DNA of 64,000 bases from Chiloscyllium plagiosum (Eukaryota), in the NCBI RefSeq assembly GCF_004010195.1, contig NC_057750.1, positions 3,837,450 to 3,901,449 of the forward strand. The letters are read 5' to 3'. Both the position numbers and the translations under genes were made by a program. The stretch's first letter is position 1, and every line of letters starts with the position of its first letter. Below are positions 25,441 to 39,726 of this stretch, piece after piece. The notes beneath the pieces are model-generated. The model had not been told where the DNA came from and ran no database searches. It saw only the letters and a list, made by a program, of their open reading frames with translations.

Positions 25441-27278
25441 TAAATTTACATGATATTCCCCTCGATGCATCAATTTGGATTGTCATTCCACACTCTGACT
25501 GCATGGTGGAATCTATTTCTTCTGAAGTCCTTATTGGATTTATTAGTGATTATCTTATATTCATAACCGTCAGTTTTGGACTTTCCCTCAAGGGACAATG
25601 TCTTCTCTATGTCCGACTGACAGCAAAATTATTTCAAAACATTTATCAGGCTAACTCTTAATTTTCTCTTGGAATTGTCTCAAATGTTGTCTTTCCTCCT
25701 GCCCCAACTGGTCTATTATTGTGATATTAGTTTTGTGTAAATCTAAATTTTAAAATTCATCCATAGGTTGTTGAAATCATCAGCAAGGCTAGTCTTTATT
25801 GTCAATGCCTAATAGTCCTGGAGAATGTGGTTATGAGGCCTCAGCTTAAATTGCCACAGTCCAAGCAATGCAAATGCTCTCACCGTGCTGTTACCCAGAT
25901 TTTTGACCCAGTAGTGCTTAAGGGCAGACAGTAAATGTCTTTGCCGAATGGTGTTGTGTCACAGAACTGATGGTGTTATCACACACCTGCTGCTGTTGTC
26001 CTTCTTAACAATAGAGGTCATGGGCTTGGATAGGACTGTTAGAAGAGCCTTGGCAATTTGTTGCAGTCTATCTTGTAGATAGTACAGACTGAATGAAGGG
26101 AGGAGTGACTGTTCAAGCTGATAGATGGTTTAAGGATATTTTCAAATTCTACTGATTTTTAGTGATATATTAATGATGCTGAAAAAGGATCTATCTTGAA
26201 TGTGAAAGCTGTATTTTTTTTAGTCTGCTTTTGCAGTTCTGTGTAGACTACTGTGTAGCACTATTTTGTCTCATCACTTGTCTTTGAGACCCGACTGTTC
26301 CTTTGACCTTCATCTACTAAATATCTGAGATTAAGCATAGATTACTTCACAGCAGAATTGCAACTGTTGTTAAAATTGAAAAACTGTCGTTTTGAAAGCA
26401 TGCAGAAAAATGGATGTTTGCCCTGACATTAGATTGTTGTGTGTTGTATAAGTGTTTTCTTGTATTATGACCTGCTGCAAAACGGTTTCCCTTTTAAACC
26501 TTTTGGTTCATTACTGCAATTACTTTATCACTGTTGTCTTGCAAAGGATTCTTGCTAGAGGTAGCTGTGTGTCCTGGCTTTGATTGACAATGATATTCCT
26601 TTTAAGGAATTGGCAAAGGTTTCACTCCTCACTGTCCTAACTTGTTTGGCAGGCGAGACCTGAAGCCAACTTTCTGGCAAACCTTTTGTTTGCAGGGATA
26701 TGGACCAAGCACAGGCAGATGGGGCTAGTTTAGTTTGGGATTATAGTCAGCATGGACTGCTTGAACCAACAGTTTCCATGCAGTATGACTCTGTGGTCCA
26801 GGGTTAGTGCACTGCCACTGTACCATGAGCCCTTTTCTGCCTTTCAAGGTTCTAAATGCACAAACATTGGCAGTCAGCTTCATCACCCATATCTATAGCC
26901 ATTTGAGGTTTGCAAGTACTGTACTATATCTCTGTGTCATCATTTGACTGAAACGGATTACTCATCCCTCCCCAGTGATGATGTACTGCTCATTTGCTTT
27001 GTGAATTGTCAGTATGTGGTGACTGGACACAGTCAGTGGTAAATCCATTGTCATTCTGAATCTCTCTTCAACCCTGCGTTAGCTAGGTCGAACTTCAAAT
27101 GAATAAATAGTTTATCAGGTCCTACACTCCTTCCTTATTTTACACAGGTGACCCCCTCAGACCCCTAAAAATCACTGATTTAAACAACTTGCATTTATAT
27201 AGTACTTTTAATGAAACCAAATATCTTGAGGTGCTTCATGGAAGTATTATCAGACAAATTTAGTGCTGAGCCATAATT

Positions 27279-27500
27279 TAGATTACTTAGTGTGGAAACA
27301 GGCCCTTCTGCCCAACTAGTCCACACCAACCCTCTGAAGAGTAACCCACCCAGACCCATTTCCCTCTGACTAATGCACCTAACACTATGGGCAATTTAGC
27401 ATGACCAGTTCCCTTGACTGGCACATCTTTGGATTGTGGGAGGAAACCAGAGCACCCGGAAGAAACCCACGCAGGTAGGGGGGGAATGTGAAAACTCCTT
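27279..27500 (-). mobile_element. HE1-like SINE, 5'-truncated
   Basis: Tail and V-domain present, head missing. Confidence 0.8.
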
Positions 27501-28269
27501 GTACCTTAAGTTAAGATGCTATAATGTTAAATCTTAAAATTGGAAGCAATACAATGAAGGACCACTAGATTGGTTGCTGGGATGAGAGGTTAGTGCTATG
27601 AGAGGCTGAGTAAACAGGATCTGTACTCTCTGGGTTTAGAAGAATGAGATTATCTGATTGCAAATACAACATTCTGGGAGGTTGTTTCTACTAACTAGGG
27701 AATTTAAAACATAGGCACCATGTCACAATGAATGGATGATTGTTTGGAGCTAAGATGGGAAAATTCTTTACTCAAAGGATTATGAGCTTTGGAATCCTGT
27801 ATCCTAGAGGATCATAGATGCTCAGTTTTGAATATGTTAAGCTGATAGACAGATCAATGGATATAGGGAGTTGGCAAATGGGTGAAGTTGAAACCCATCA
27901 GCCATGATCATATTGGAAGTTGGAGCAAACTCAAGGGAACAGATATGTGTTTTCTGCTCCTGTCTCTTGTGTTTCTATGTTGTATGTTTCTCGTCTTTGC
28001 CTGGAATCAGTGTGCTGTAACAAAACAGTTCAGTGATCAAACCATCTGACATGGAAGGCGTGTCAATGAAATGTTTCAAATAATTCATTTCCTGAATAGT
28101 AAGAATATAATTTCATGATCATGATTTCTGCCCAAGCAATCTAAATAATTTTCTACCACATCAAGGTTTAATTTAACATTGCCAGTTAGAATGGTAGCTG
28201 CCCTGCTTTGTAAAGAGAAGTGGTATATGTTGACTGGCTTCTGAGACTCAATTTCTTTCTATTCTGCAG

Positions 28270-28357
28270 CTACGTCAGAGTGGATCCAGTTTTTCAAAGA
28301 TGCTGGAATTCCACCTGGACCAGCCGTCAACTATGCTGTTAGCTTTGTGGACAACAG
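28270..28357 (+). CDS. C19orf47: C19orf47 exon 2 (ATSEWIQFFKDAGIPPGPAVNYAVSFVDNR)
   Basis: ctgcag| acceptor, |gtaggt donor, phase 1 to 2; start of the SAM-like N-terminal domain. Confidence 0.95.
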
Positions 28358-31300
28358 GTAGGTTTTCTAATCGTTGTAAAATTAGCGGGAACGATGTTAA
28401 GGCTATCTTGGAAAATTTCTCCATTAACATTTAGATGTTCAAACTTAGTGGTTTTGATTTTTTTATGTCTTCCATCAAATTGTTCACATGCTGTTCAGAT
28501 ATTCAGTTGGGAAGTATTTGGGATGCTGGGTAAACTTTCTTCCTCTCTTTAGGAACCTTCCTTAATCCACTTGCCTGCTCATATGACCACGTTAATATAT
28601 TAGGGGTGGTGGTATTCACTGTGGATGAATACACTGGGCACAGGTGGCAACTGAGCATGTGCATCTTCAATCCAACCATGACAGCCTTGTAAAAGAAAAA
28701 CACTGCGCTGGGCCGTGTGAAGGGAGCCCCTCTTACAGCAAGATCAAAATGGGAGCAAGAGCATTTGTTTCAATGCAGAGGTGGAAAGGAAAAGCATATT
28801 GCAAATTATTACTCTATACTTTGTGAAGTTTGACGATGATTTTAAGTACATTTGTGAGAAAACAGGTTAGAGTCTGGTGCAGTCTATATGCAACATCTGA
28901 GGAGTACTGAGCATACAAATTTCTGGTGCTAAATATGTGGTAATGTACAGGCGCAGAGTATGATTGAAGCATTTAAAAGTTACGGATAATTGCTTTCACC
29001 TCATAAGCATCAGTTCCCATAATTGCCTTCTTCATAAAGCTAAATTTAGCTTGCACTTAAATGATGTGTTGCTGCTGGCAGATGATCTAATAGTATCCCT
29101 GCTGATAGCTTCTGCCAGTGATTCTTTGCTAACCAACTCCAAAGACAGCGCAGGTATTGTCAGAATTTTCCATATTCAAGCCCCACCAGGTTATTTCACT
29201 AATACATTCCAAAGACAGAAGTGAACAGATTTTTGTTTTGCTGAGGATTTAGGGTGGGAACCTCTATCATGTGTTATGTTGATAAATCTGTTTTTGACCT
29301 TTCTGCAGCACAAAACCTCATTGAGCTACTCTGCACTGTCACTTGTGTTCCCATTCAAGAGAATCAGGTTTGCATTGCTCAGTATAATTAGATACAGGAA
29401 AGCCAAGATTAGGTGCTGCAAATCTTGCTGTGAAATTCCACCGTTTCTTCATTGTGTCAAATAATGACACAATGAAAGCTGCTTGCATCATTGGTTCCCC
29501 TCCCCATCTTCATGACTCCCTCTTGTATACTATGATCCAGGGATCCAGTCAGTTTAGAATCTTACAGTTTGTAGCATGAGACTGTGACACATTAATTGCT
29601 AATTCATAATGGCAAGAAGGGTCTAAGTTCTATTTCCCATTATAGTGAACCTGATCTTGGGATGTAATTATTACGGTGGACTGAAGGCTATTCAATAAAT
29701 AGCAATAATAGGAGCAGGAAATGTCCATTTAGCCTCTCGAGTCTGGTTGGGTGTCAATGAAATCATGGCTGAATTGCAGCTTAACTCCGTATTCCCTCTG
29801 CCCTTAATACCTTTGGTTAATAACAATCCAATCATCACAGCTTTAAAATTAGGAATAAACCTAACATTATTTGCTGATTGCAGAAGAGAGTTCCAAACTT
29901 CTGCCACCCTTTGTGTGTAGAAGTGTTTCCTAACTTCCCTTCTGAAATTTTAAGCCAATTTTTAAGTCCAACCAATCATCTTAGACTTGCCAAACAGCAG
30001 AAGCTTCTTTTCCCTCTTGAAAATTGGTAAATAGCACTTAACCTCCTAAATTTCATGTAGGAAACGGAGACTAGATGAAGGCATCAGAGCTTAAGAGTAA
30101 ACAACTTGAAGTTTTTGGCTCGGGGTTTGTTAGTCTGTTGAATTCCTTTCCCATGTGGAGTCTAGAGTCATTAAATTCATTCAAGCTGAAGTGGGTAGAT
30201 CTTTGATAGACAAGGGAGTTGAGGGTTGTTAGAGACAGACAGCAAAGTGGAGTTGAAACCACAACCAGTGCTGTTATGATCTGATTGAATTGCAGAACAA
30301 ACCTGAAGAATCAAGTAGCCTACTTCTGTTCCTAAGTCCTAAGTTGTTATGTTACTATGAATACAGCTTTAGTTTGAGTAATCATGTCTCAGAGTCTTGA
30401 CATCATTTATGCTGTGCTCTGTCCAAGATGATTATACCATATTTCCCTATCTCAGACAGCAACCAGCACTTCCTAAATAGGGTAGAGCATAGGTAGAAAA
30501 TCTCCCTTTGTTCTCATCCAACAACGTTTCTCAAAAACAACTCCAAATATTTCTCACTATGCCAATGCAACATTTTTGATTTCTCACTCTAAGTTTTGCA
30601 ATGACATGCTGCCATCTCAAGCATGGAAGGAGGCCATTTTGTTGTATCTATATGGGTTGTTTCCTTAAACAATTCAAAACCAATCTCACTGATCTCTCTA
30701 ACACTGAATCTTCCATTGCTTCAAATAGTTTATGCAATTTCCCTTAAAATATGCAGTAATCTATCCCTCAGCTCTCCCCTACGAGAAAACATTCCTTGCA
30801 GCAACATCCACTATGCAAAATACTTTTCCTGTTCTCATCTCAGTCCCTTGTAGAATTTTAATGGTGCCTGAGAGTTAAGTAGCAGATGGCTTCATTGATT
30901 AAATTACTGGGGGTGTCTTATGATATAAAGAACTGTCTTGTTCAGTGATGAAGGCATTGAACTCATTAATTAGCAAAAACGTTGTACAAAAAAGGAATTT
31001 CTGTCTCTGACTAGGATATCTCAATCTATCTTTAAATGCACCAGATAGTTTTTAATTTGATCTGAAATAGTTTTAGTCTCCTGTGTTCATTGGAAAATGA
31101 TATAAAAAGCTGCTTCAACTCATCAGACATCCCATATTTTGCAATCCAAGCATTTGATACCAGTGGAGACAAAAGCAGGGGTCTTTTGAAGGCTGCCTGC
31201 CCAAACCAGTAAAGCAGTTCTTCCACCTAAAGTCTCAAGCAGCTAGTCAAAAAGAGCTTGCTGAATTCACAACACATTTACAACATTTTTGCTCATTGAA

Positions 31301-32453
31301 TTAATGGTAGTTCTTTTAAGGGTAATTGACCCATTATAGTTTTATAACTGTCCTTGAGCCTGTTCACTCTTCCCCAAACAACAGTGCTGATGTTCTATCT
31401 CAACTCTCTTATTGTTCATTGTTTTCTTTATTGTTCAAAAAATGCTATCGATCCCTATCTTCCACATCAACAGTCCTTTACAAAAATCCACCATCCTCTG
31501 ACTGAGAAATTTATCCTCAAATCAGTCCTAAATGGTTGTCCCCTTGTCATGAGTCTATGTTTTAGCTTCTACAACAATTTGTGATGGATTTGGGATTATG
31601 GTTTGAAAGACCAATAAGCACTAGTGAACTGCATTGAGAATGTCCAACTGATCTCCACAAGGACCTTTACAGCCCACATGGAAACAAGGCTGTAATTTCA
31701 GCGGTCAAGCTGAACTTGAACATCCTCCCAAAGAAGAAAAGCCAGTGTTTAGCCCACTGTATCACCCAGCTCCTGACAGTACCACAGTGACATGCAAGGT
31801 ATACTGCATCTGGAGTACTGAGTACAATAATGGTCATCGTATTTAAAGAAATATGTCAAGTCATTGGAGGCAGTTCAAGGAGGCTTTCCAAGACTAACAC
31901 CTGGATTGATGGGGTTGCCTTATGAGGAAAGCTAAGCCTATATTTGTGCAGCTTAAAAAAAAGTCAGAAGTCACACGACACCAAGTTATAGTCCAACAGG
32001 TTTATTTGAAATCACAAGCTTTCAAAGTGTTGCAGCTTCATCAGATGAAGTCACCAACCCAAAGAAACCCAAACATTTAAATAGAAAGCAGGAATTTTCA
32101 GCAGTGCTTCACCTGAGGCCCACCGAAGATGTTACCTAGTAGGGTGACAAAATGTCTAGAAATGAACCTTCAAGCTCAGCGAGCAAATTTACATCCAAAA
32201 CAGATGATTTAAAATAGAGATGAAGCAAAATCCTTGCTCTCGTCAAGCCACAAATCTTTGGGACTCTCTCCCTGAAAAGGTAGTGCAAGCAGAGTCCTTT
32301 TATTGCACAGTAGACAGATAGATTTGTGCTAATCAGGGACGTGGATTTGTCGTTGCGGTCAGATCAGTCATGATTATTGGATGTGGACGAGAATGACCTA
32401 CGATTTCTAATTGGTCTGTTTGTATTTCATGTAAAAAAAATTTGTTTGCACAG

Positions 32454-32568
32454 GATACAGAAGAATATGCTCATGGACCTCACCAAAGATATCATGAATG
32501 AACTGGGTATCTCTGTTGTTGGAGATATTATTGCTATTCTCAAACATGCCAAAGTGGTGTACAAACAG
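32454..32568 (+). CDS. C19orf47: C19orf47 exon 3 (IQKNMLMDLTKDIMNELGISVVGDIIAILKHAKVVYKQ)
   Basis: cacag| acceptor, |gtgagg donor, phase 2 to 0. Confidence 0.95.
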
Positions 32569-33239
32569 GTGAGGATTGACAATATATTACCTTAACTAAA
32601 CAGCATATTTTTGTTTCCTGTTTCAGTAATTGTGATATAAACAGTTTAAAATGACTGTTTTAATATTTGACTTGAATCTCCAAATGTTTCCCTTTAACTA
32701 ACAGTTTGAGATGTACTTAATCACGTTGCATGCCACCCCATTAAATATTTTTGACTATACCCTACAAATAGTCACAAATGATTAAAAAAAAAAGTTAGGG
32801 TATTAAATGAGTACATGTTTATGTTCCTATCAATAATTCAACCTGGAAAAGTTCATTTTTCAAATTCAGTTCTGCTGTTTGCCATTCACCTTGCAAGAGA
32901 CAATAAAAAAGATAATTTTTGAACAGACAGACTTTGGCACAGCATTAATCTGTACAAAGCTTTGTGCTGAGTATATTTTCCAAATTACTTAGTTGGCAAG
33001 TTTCACTGCTGCTGTATCAGTCTGTGATTTGAGGAGATGGATGTGGTTCAGTGAATAAATGAATATACAGAAGAATCCTTTCAGTGTGACCGCTAGATAG
33101 TAAAATCAATGCATTAGACCATTGTTTATATGGCATTGTGTCTGTAATGCAAATGGAAACAGGACATTTTGTACAGAGATTTCCTGTCCCAGTGGATTAG
33201 TACATGGAGCATCCGGGTAGATGGGATATCTTGTTTAAA

Positions 33240-34310
33240 TGTGAGGTACTGCAGCAAACGATGAAAAGAAACGGAATTAATGTTTCAGGTTTATTACTTT
33301 TTGTCAGAAGTGGGAAGAAGTAGAAATTTAATAAGTTTTAAGCAATTTAAAGGGAGAATGATGATAAAAGCACAAAATGTTAGTTTTGTGATAGGTTGGA
33401 AAACAGGAGAGATTAAATTACAAAGAGCTTGGTGATATAAAGCCAAGGGAAAGATAATGGAACATGCAAGAAAATGAAAGATGTCCAGAGGATACGTGAA
33501 TAGCAGAATGGTGAACAGTTGCTATTTGTAAGCAAAAATCAGAGAAAGGTCAGAGTGAAACCAAAGCCTATTAACATAAAGAAAAAAGGGCAGAACTTCC
33601 AATTAATAGCGGTGAACTCATTGTTAGAAATTGAAGGTTAAAAAGTGCCTAATTGAAAGATAACTTTCTGTTCCTTCAGTTTGCATTAAGCTTCACTGAA
33701 ATCTTGCAGGGGGCAAAGGGCTGAGAGGTCAGTGTACGAGCGAAACGAAGAATTAGAATAACATCCCACCAACAACTTGGGCCATGTTTGTGACCTGAAT
33801 AGACATGTTCTGCAAAGCAATGTCACAGTCTGCATTTGGTCTTCCCAGTGTAGAACAGAGTATATTTTGAGCAGCAAATACATAGTAATTGCTCCTTCAT
33901 CGGCAAGAAGTGTTTGAGACCTTGAACAATGATGAGAAAGAAGGTTAAGAAGGGTGATATTACATTTCCTGAACATGGAAAGGTGGTGTGGGAAGAGGTT
34001 CGGGCTGATGGGGTGCTTGAAGAGTGAACTAGGATGTGCAGAGGTAACAGTCCCTTTGGAGTGCTGAAAGGGGAGAAATGTATTTGGTGGTGGCTTCACA
34101 CTGTAGGTGATGGAAATGGTGAAGGATGAATTGAATATGGAGGCTGCTGAGGGCAAAGGAAGCCATATCACAATTACAGAAAGGAGAGGAAGAGATAAGA
34201 ACAGAACTGTGCTAAATGAGCTAGATACTGCTAAGAGCCCTGTTAGTCTGATGGTGGGGGAATCCAACGTTGAGGAACAAATATTGGTGAGTTGGTTTAG
34301 ATCTTTATAT
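33240..34310 (-). mobile_element. old Penelope-like fragment
   Basis: Degenerate similarity to the GIY-YIG/pLTR region of younger copies. Confidence 0.5.
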
Positions 34311-34329
34311 AAGATCTGTACAGTACCCA

Positions 34330-34900
34330 ATTTGTTCTTTTTGGCATTGGTGAGGCCTCTTACGGAATACTGTGTCCAACTCTGGTCGCCCAGTTGTAGG
34401 AAGGACATTATCAAGCTGGAGAGGGTTCAGAAGAGATTTACCAGAATGCTGCCAGGTATGGAAGGTTTGAGTCATTAAGATAGGTTGGGACTTCTTTCAC
34501 TGGAGTGTAGGAGGTTGAGAGGTAACCTGATAGACGTTTATAAAATAATGAGAGGTATAGGTAGAGCTAATGGTATTTGTCTTTTCCCTAGGACAAGGGA
34601 TTTCAACACAAAGAGACACATTTTTAGGGAGAGAGGAGAGAGATTTAAAAGAGACATGAGGGGCAAATGTTTTAAACAGAGGGTGGTTCACGTGTGGAAT
34701 GAACTTCCTGAGGCAGTGCTGGATGCAGGCACAATTACAACATTTGAAAAACAGTTGGATGGATACATGAATAGGAAAGGTTTGAAGGGATATGGGCCAG
34801 GAGCGGGCAGGTGAGACTAGTTTAGTTTGGGATTATGTTCAACATGGACCGGTTGGACCGAAGGGTCTGTTTCTGTGCAGTATGACTTAATACTCTGTGA
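34330..34900 (+). mobile_element. CR1 3' fragment
   Basis: [15 protein letters not shown]...[14 protein letters not shown]. Confidence 0.9.
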
Positions 34901-36529
34901 CTCTGAGGCCGTGGGTATAAAGGGTGAAAAAGTTTCTTGGAGCATTTAACAAGTGCATTCAACCTAAAAGCATTTAATTAAAACCGTGTATTCTTAGATC
35001 ATGACAAGATACAACAATTATCAACATTGGTAAGAAATACAGGATGAAAGAACAGGTTCTTTTAAAAGGGCAAAATTCGTACAAGACCAAATTTTCACAA
35101 GCACCCGGGTTTATCCAAGACTGGAACCATTATATCCTATGGTAGGAAAAGGGATCAAGTACACGAGAAGGGCCATTTCAGGTTTTTTTAAATTTCTGTT
35201 CCCTGTACGTTGGTGGACAGATACTTGAAACTGAAAGCCATAAACCAAAATTGATACTGAAGAAAAATAACCCCTTTTACAAAGCATATTCCATCATCCA
35301 TTAGTCTGATTGGTACTTGTTAAATAAGCATTTAACTTAATTCTACTTCAACTTTTTTTGTAGTGTAAATATAATGCAGTAGATACCATTCATCCTCCAG
35401 TGGCATATGTTTGCACAGTATACTGACCAAACAATAACTTTGTGATTTGTGTACACGGACACCTAAATCTTTCAATAACTCATGTTTGCTAGTCTCTCAA
35501 CTTTTTGATAATTATTTTGCTTTTCATTCCTCAGATCAAACTGGATGACCTCCCAGTTCCCCACAAATTGATGTAAACAGGCTTAGGATTCAAAGATTAG
35601 GGAGTAATTTACTAGTTTGTATTGAGAATTGGTTAACACACAGAAAGCAGCAAGTAGAAATAAATGGGTCATTTTCAGGTGAGACAGTGCAATTGGCAGA
35701 ATGTTGTGAGGATGAGTGCTTGGATGTCAGCTGTTTACAATCTCTATTAACGAGAGAACTGAGTGTAATATGTACAAGTTGGCTGATAATATCAAGCTAG
35801 AGAGGAAAGTAAACTGTGAGGAGGAAGCAAAGACAATGATATGTTTCGTGATTGGGCAGAAGATGGGAGATGGAGTATAATGTGGAGGGATGTCTGATTA
35901 CCCATTTTGGTAGGATGAAAGAGATTAAAATTGAGAGTCTAGTAAATGTTGATATACAATGAGGTTGTATTAACAAATCACTGTTAACATGTGGGTAGAG
36001 TTAACAATGAAGAAAACAATTGGTATGTATTACAAGGAATTTGACTTACTATACGGTGAGTGAAAAAGTCTTGCTGCAATTCTACAGGGTTTTGTGTGTC
36101 CACAGCAGTAAGTATTGTGTAGGGTTTTGATCTCTGTACTTAATGAGTATATACTTGTCCTAAAGTGAGAGCAATAGCAGTTTATTAGATTGATCAGAGG
36201 GTTATTTTGTGAGGAAAGAGTGAGTAAAATGGGCTTTTATTCCCTGGAGTTTAAAACAAGCAATCCCAACCCTAATTCTTCTGTTTATGTTCTTTATGTG
36301 AGCCAAACTCTTGTCATTTGTATTCCTCAGCCCCATTTTTTATATATGATCAAATTTATCTTAAGACTTTATTCCCCCCTGTAGAATAGTATAGCACAGA
36401 AGGAGGCCATTCAACCCATTGTGTCTCTTCCAGTTCTTCAGTAGATCTTTCTAAATAGTCCAACTTGCCCTGCTGTTTGCCCACAATACTGGAAATGTTT
36501 CTTTGTCAATTGTATATAAAATACTCATA

Positions 36530-36790
36530 TGAAATCCCATACCCCCACCCGCACTCCCTTAACTGTGTATTTCCCATGGCTAATCCACCTAGCCTTCACA
36601 TCTCTGGATACTGCAGGGCAATTTAGCTTGGCCAATCCACCTAACCTGCACATCTTTGGGAGGAAAATCATGCAGACGCGGGGAGAATGTGCAAACTCTG
36701 CACAGGCAGTCACGCAAGGCTGGAATTGATCCCGTGTCCTTGACACTGTGAGGCGGTAGTGATAACCACTGAACTACTGTGCTGCACCCA
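36530..36790 (-). mobile_element. HE1-like SINE (diverged)
   Basis: Head and V-domain on the minus strand. Confidence 0.8.
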
Positions 36791-37360
36791 TCTTGAACAC
36801 ATTTAATCCACAACCCTTTGAGCGACAGAATTCCAAAGATTCGCTACTCTATATGGCAAATTTGCTCTTGTTGTTCTGAGTGTACCTCTCCACGTAGCCA
36901 CTGTCCCCCATCCAATTTCACAAATACATTTTTCATGTGTTTATCACTGTGTCACACATTCCATGTCAATATAAACCTGAAGGGAAACGAGAAAGTAAAA
37001 TCTCCTGAAAGCAGGCAGGTTGGTGAATTAACAGTAAAAGAAAATTGTTGAGGTTGTAGAGGGTTATTTAATCACAGTAGGAAAATTTAAGTCTGGCGTC
37101 AAGAGGTTTTTCCACAAAGAGAGATCAAGACTTGGAATACGTTCCTGCTGTGACTGTGGAGACAAAAATCTTGGAATAATTTCAGAAATACTCAATAGGA
37201 CTGTGGATTATTTCCGGATGGAGAATCAGTTGTGTGGCCCAAGTGGGATCCTTCTTTAGTAGTCATCTTGTGCAATGAGGTGAAACTCCTGAGACTGGCC
37301 ACTTTAAGTAGACTACATGTCAATTATACACTCATTTTAAATGTCTCTGGGTCAGATAGT

Positions 37361-37670
37361 GGGCGGCACGGTGGCACAGTAGTTAGCACTGCTGCCTCAC
37401 AGCACCAGAGACCCGGGTTCAATTCCCGCCGAAGGCAATGGTCTGTGTGGAGTTTGCACATTCTCCCCGTGTCTGGGTTTCCTCTGGGTGCTCCGGTTTC
37501 CTCCCACAGTCCAAACATGTGCAGGTTAGGTGAATTGGCCATGCTAAATTGCCCGTAGTGTTAGGTGAAGGGATAAATGTAGGGGACTGGGTTTGGGTGG
37601 GTTGCGCTTCGGTGGGCTGGTGTGGACTTGTTTCCACACTGTAAGTAATCTAATCTAGTAATCTAATCTA
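37361..37670 (+). mobile_element. HE1-like V-SINE
   Basis: A/B boxes, V-domain, (TAATC)n tail. Confidence 0.92.
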
Positions 37671-38349
37671 AAAGATGAGAACCTGACACTGCATTTAGAG
37701 TGTTGCTGTAACTCCTGCATTTAGAGGAGTAGTTACAGCAATTTGTACTTGGAGTTATTCAGTGCTAATATGGACCATACAGCTTCCTTAATGAACATAC
37801 ATTGAATTCTTATAAAATATTTACAGTGCTATGAAATGTTGGCAGAAGTCCAGAAGGCCCAAATAGATTTGGAAATTTTTGATGCGGAGCCAAGGTCCCT
37901 AGAACAGGACGCCATCAAGGTTGAAGAGGCTTGCAAGCGAGAAACCAAAATAACTTGCGTAGTAATGTATTCAACAGCAAAAAGCATTCCTCTTTCTTTT
38001 AATGACCAACTGACATAGGTAACTACACAAAGAAAGAAGCACAGACTTTGAGTGCATTTCAAAATTAACACTTTCATAGTATAGTTTGCCATCCTGCACC
38101 CTGAAAACCAGCACTGAATTTCTTGGCACTTGTGATGAAGGTTATAAGGAGCTGGAGCTCACTGTACAGTTTTGGTCTCCTTATCTAAGGAATAAAGTAC
38201 TTGTCTTAGGGTGCAACGAAGATCTTGATTCATTTCTGCAATGAGATTTTTGCAATATAAGGAAAGATTGATCAGAATGCTCTGAAAGTCTTGAAGAATG
38301 GCAGGTACCCTCATCAAAACACAAACATCTAGGGAGCTGAACTGTGTGG

Positions 38350-38610
38350 TGGCTGAATTTGAATTCAATACGTATCTGGAATTAAGAGTCTAATGACCAT
38401 GAATCCATTGTCGATTGTTGGAAAAACCCATCTAATTCACTAATGTCCTTTAGGGAAGGAAACTGCTATCCTTACCCAGTCTGACCTACATATCACTTCA
38501 GACCCACAGCAATGGGGTTGATACTTAACTGCCCCCTGGGGCAGCTAAACGTTGGCAATAAATGCTGCCTGTCCAGCAATACCGTCTTCCTATGAATGAA
38601 TAAAGAAAGA
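38350..38610 (+). mobile_element. second SINE family (further copies near 1-340, 3900-4140, 44440-44690, 47375-47735)
   Basis: Shared core cctttagggaagga...ccagacccacagcaatg...aataaatgctg; the fullest copies have a tRNA-like head. Confidence 0.75.
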
Positions 38611-39644
38611 AAAATAAATTGGCTATTTAGGACTTAAATTAGGTGAGGTCTCTTTCAGTCAAAGTAATATGAACCTTAGGAATTTTCTACTTCAAATGCT
38701 GTGGATGCAAAGTCAGTAATTACGTTCAAATTGAAACTGATCAATTTTGAGATCACAAAGGACTTGGTATATGGAAATCGAGCAGGAAATCTATACAACA
38801 GTTTAGACATGGTCTTATTGAAAGGTGACACATAATGGAGAGGACAAAAGGCCTATTCCTACTCCTATTGTTTTTACTTGAAGTTATTAAAGTGATTCTT
38901 CCAAAGCTTGGTAAATTGATGACCAGACATACAGATTGCTACAGACAGTTTGATGCAGGTTAGGCAACATACATTAAGAGAGTAGGACTGGTGAAAGATC
39001 ATCAACCTGATAGATTAGCTCTGTTTCCAAAGATTTAAGGTGATTGGCAAGAAAACTAAAAGCAACTTGCTGGAACATTGTTTTATGTTTTGGTTGCTAG
39101 GATTTCGATAACACTACCTTTGGATTCATGAATGCAGATGCAAAAGTAGTAGCTTTCAAAATGGATAAATACTTGAAATAAAATTGTGGGGAAGGAGCCA
39201 GGTTGTGGACTAACTGGATAGATCTGTGCAGGAGCTGGCTTGATGAGCCACTTGGTGGCCTCCTGTACTACACTGTTGTATCATTCGATGTTCCTCAGCT
39301 CTCAACCTCACAGAATACTAAAGCAAGCGACTCTTTGGGTATTATTTTTTGTATTATGCAAACTTCATTGATTGCACTTTGCTTTATAAAATTTGCTTTA
39401 AAATTATAATCTGATGAGTATCCTGAGCTTAATAATGTATTTTAGAAGTGCCGTATGTATTTGTCTTCCTTTCATTTCCCTCCCTGAAGTTTTCCTGAAG
39501 TCCTATCGAGAACCTTACCACAGTTCTTGATGATCTTATTTGCCCTCCTCTCTCTCTCCAATCCTGGTATTTTATGATGACCAGTTAAAAATCTCATCAT
39601 GTGCAGCAGTGTACACTTCCTTAAACTGGGTCTTCTATTTCTAG

Positions 39645-39726
39645 GAACTTGCTAAGTTGGCCACAGAGTCTATAAGCACTAGTCATGGAAATGTGCAAAT
39701 TGATTTAAAAAGAACAGCCAACTCCC
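39645..39726 (+). CDS. C19orf47: C19orf47 exon 4 (ELAKLATESISTSHGNVQIDLKRTANSP)
   Basis: tttctag| acceptor, |gtaagt donor; phase 0 to 1 bridges exons 3 and 5; aligns with recalled DMCKAATES. Too short for the ORF track. Confidence 0.85.

Noticed and set aside
26975..27059. possible C/D snoRNA (GTGATGA...CTGA); similar at 3113-3178
   Set aside because: No terminal stem and no recognisable guide; such motifs are expected by chance.
33686..34478. 242-aa and 123-aa ORFs
   Set aside because: Chance read-through across decayed Penelope-like and CR1 fragments.
37689..37740. 12-bp direct repeat overlapping a short inverted repeat
   Set aside because: Too short; looks like a local repair scar next to a SINE tail.
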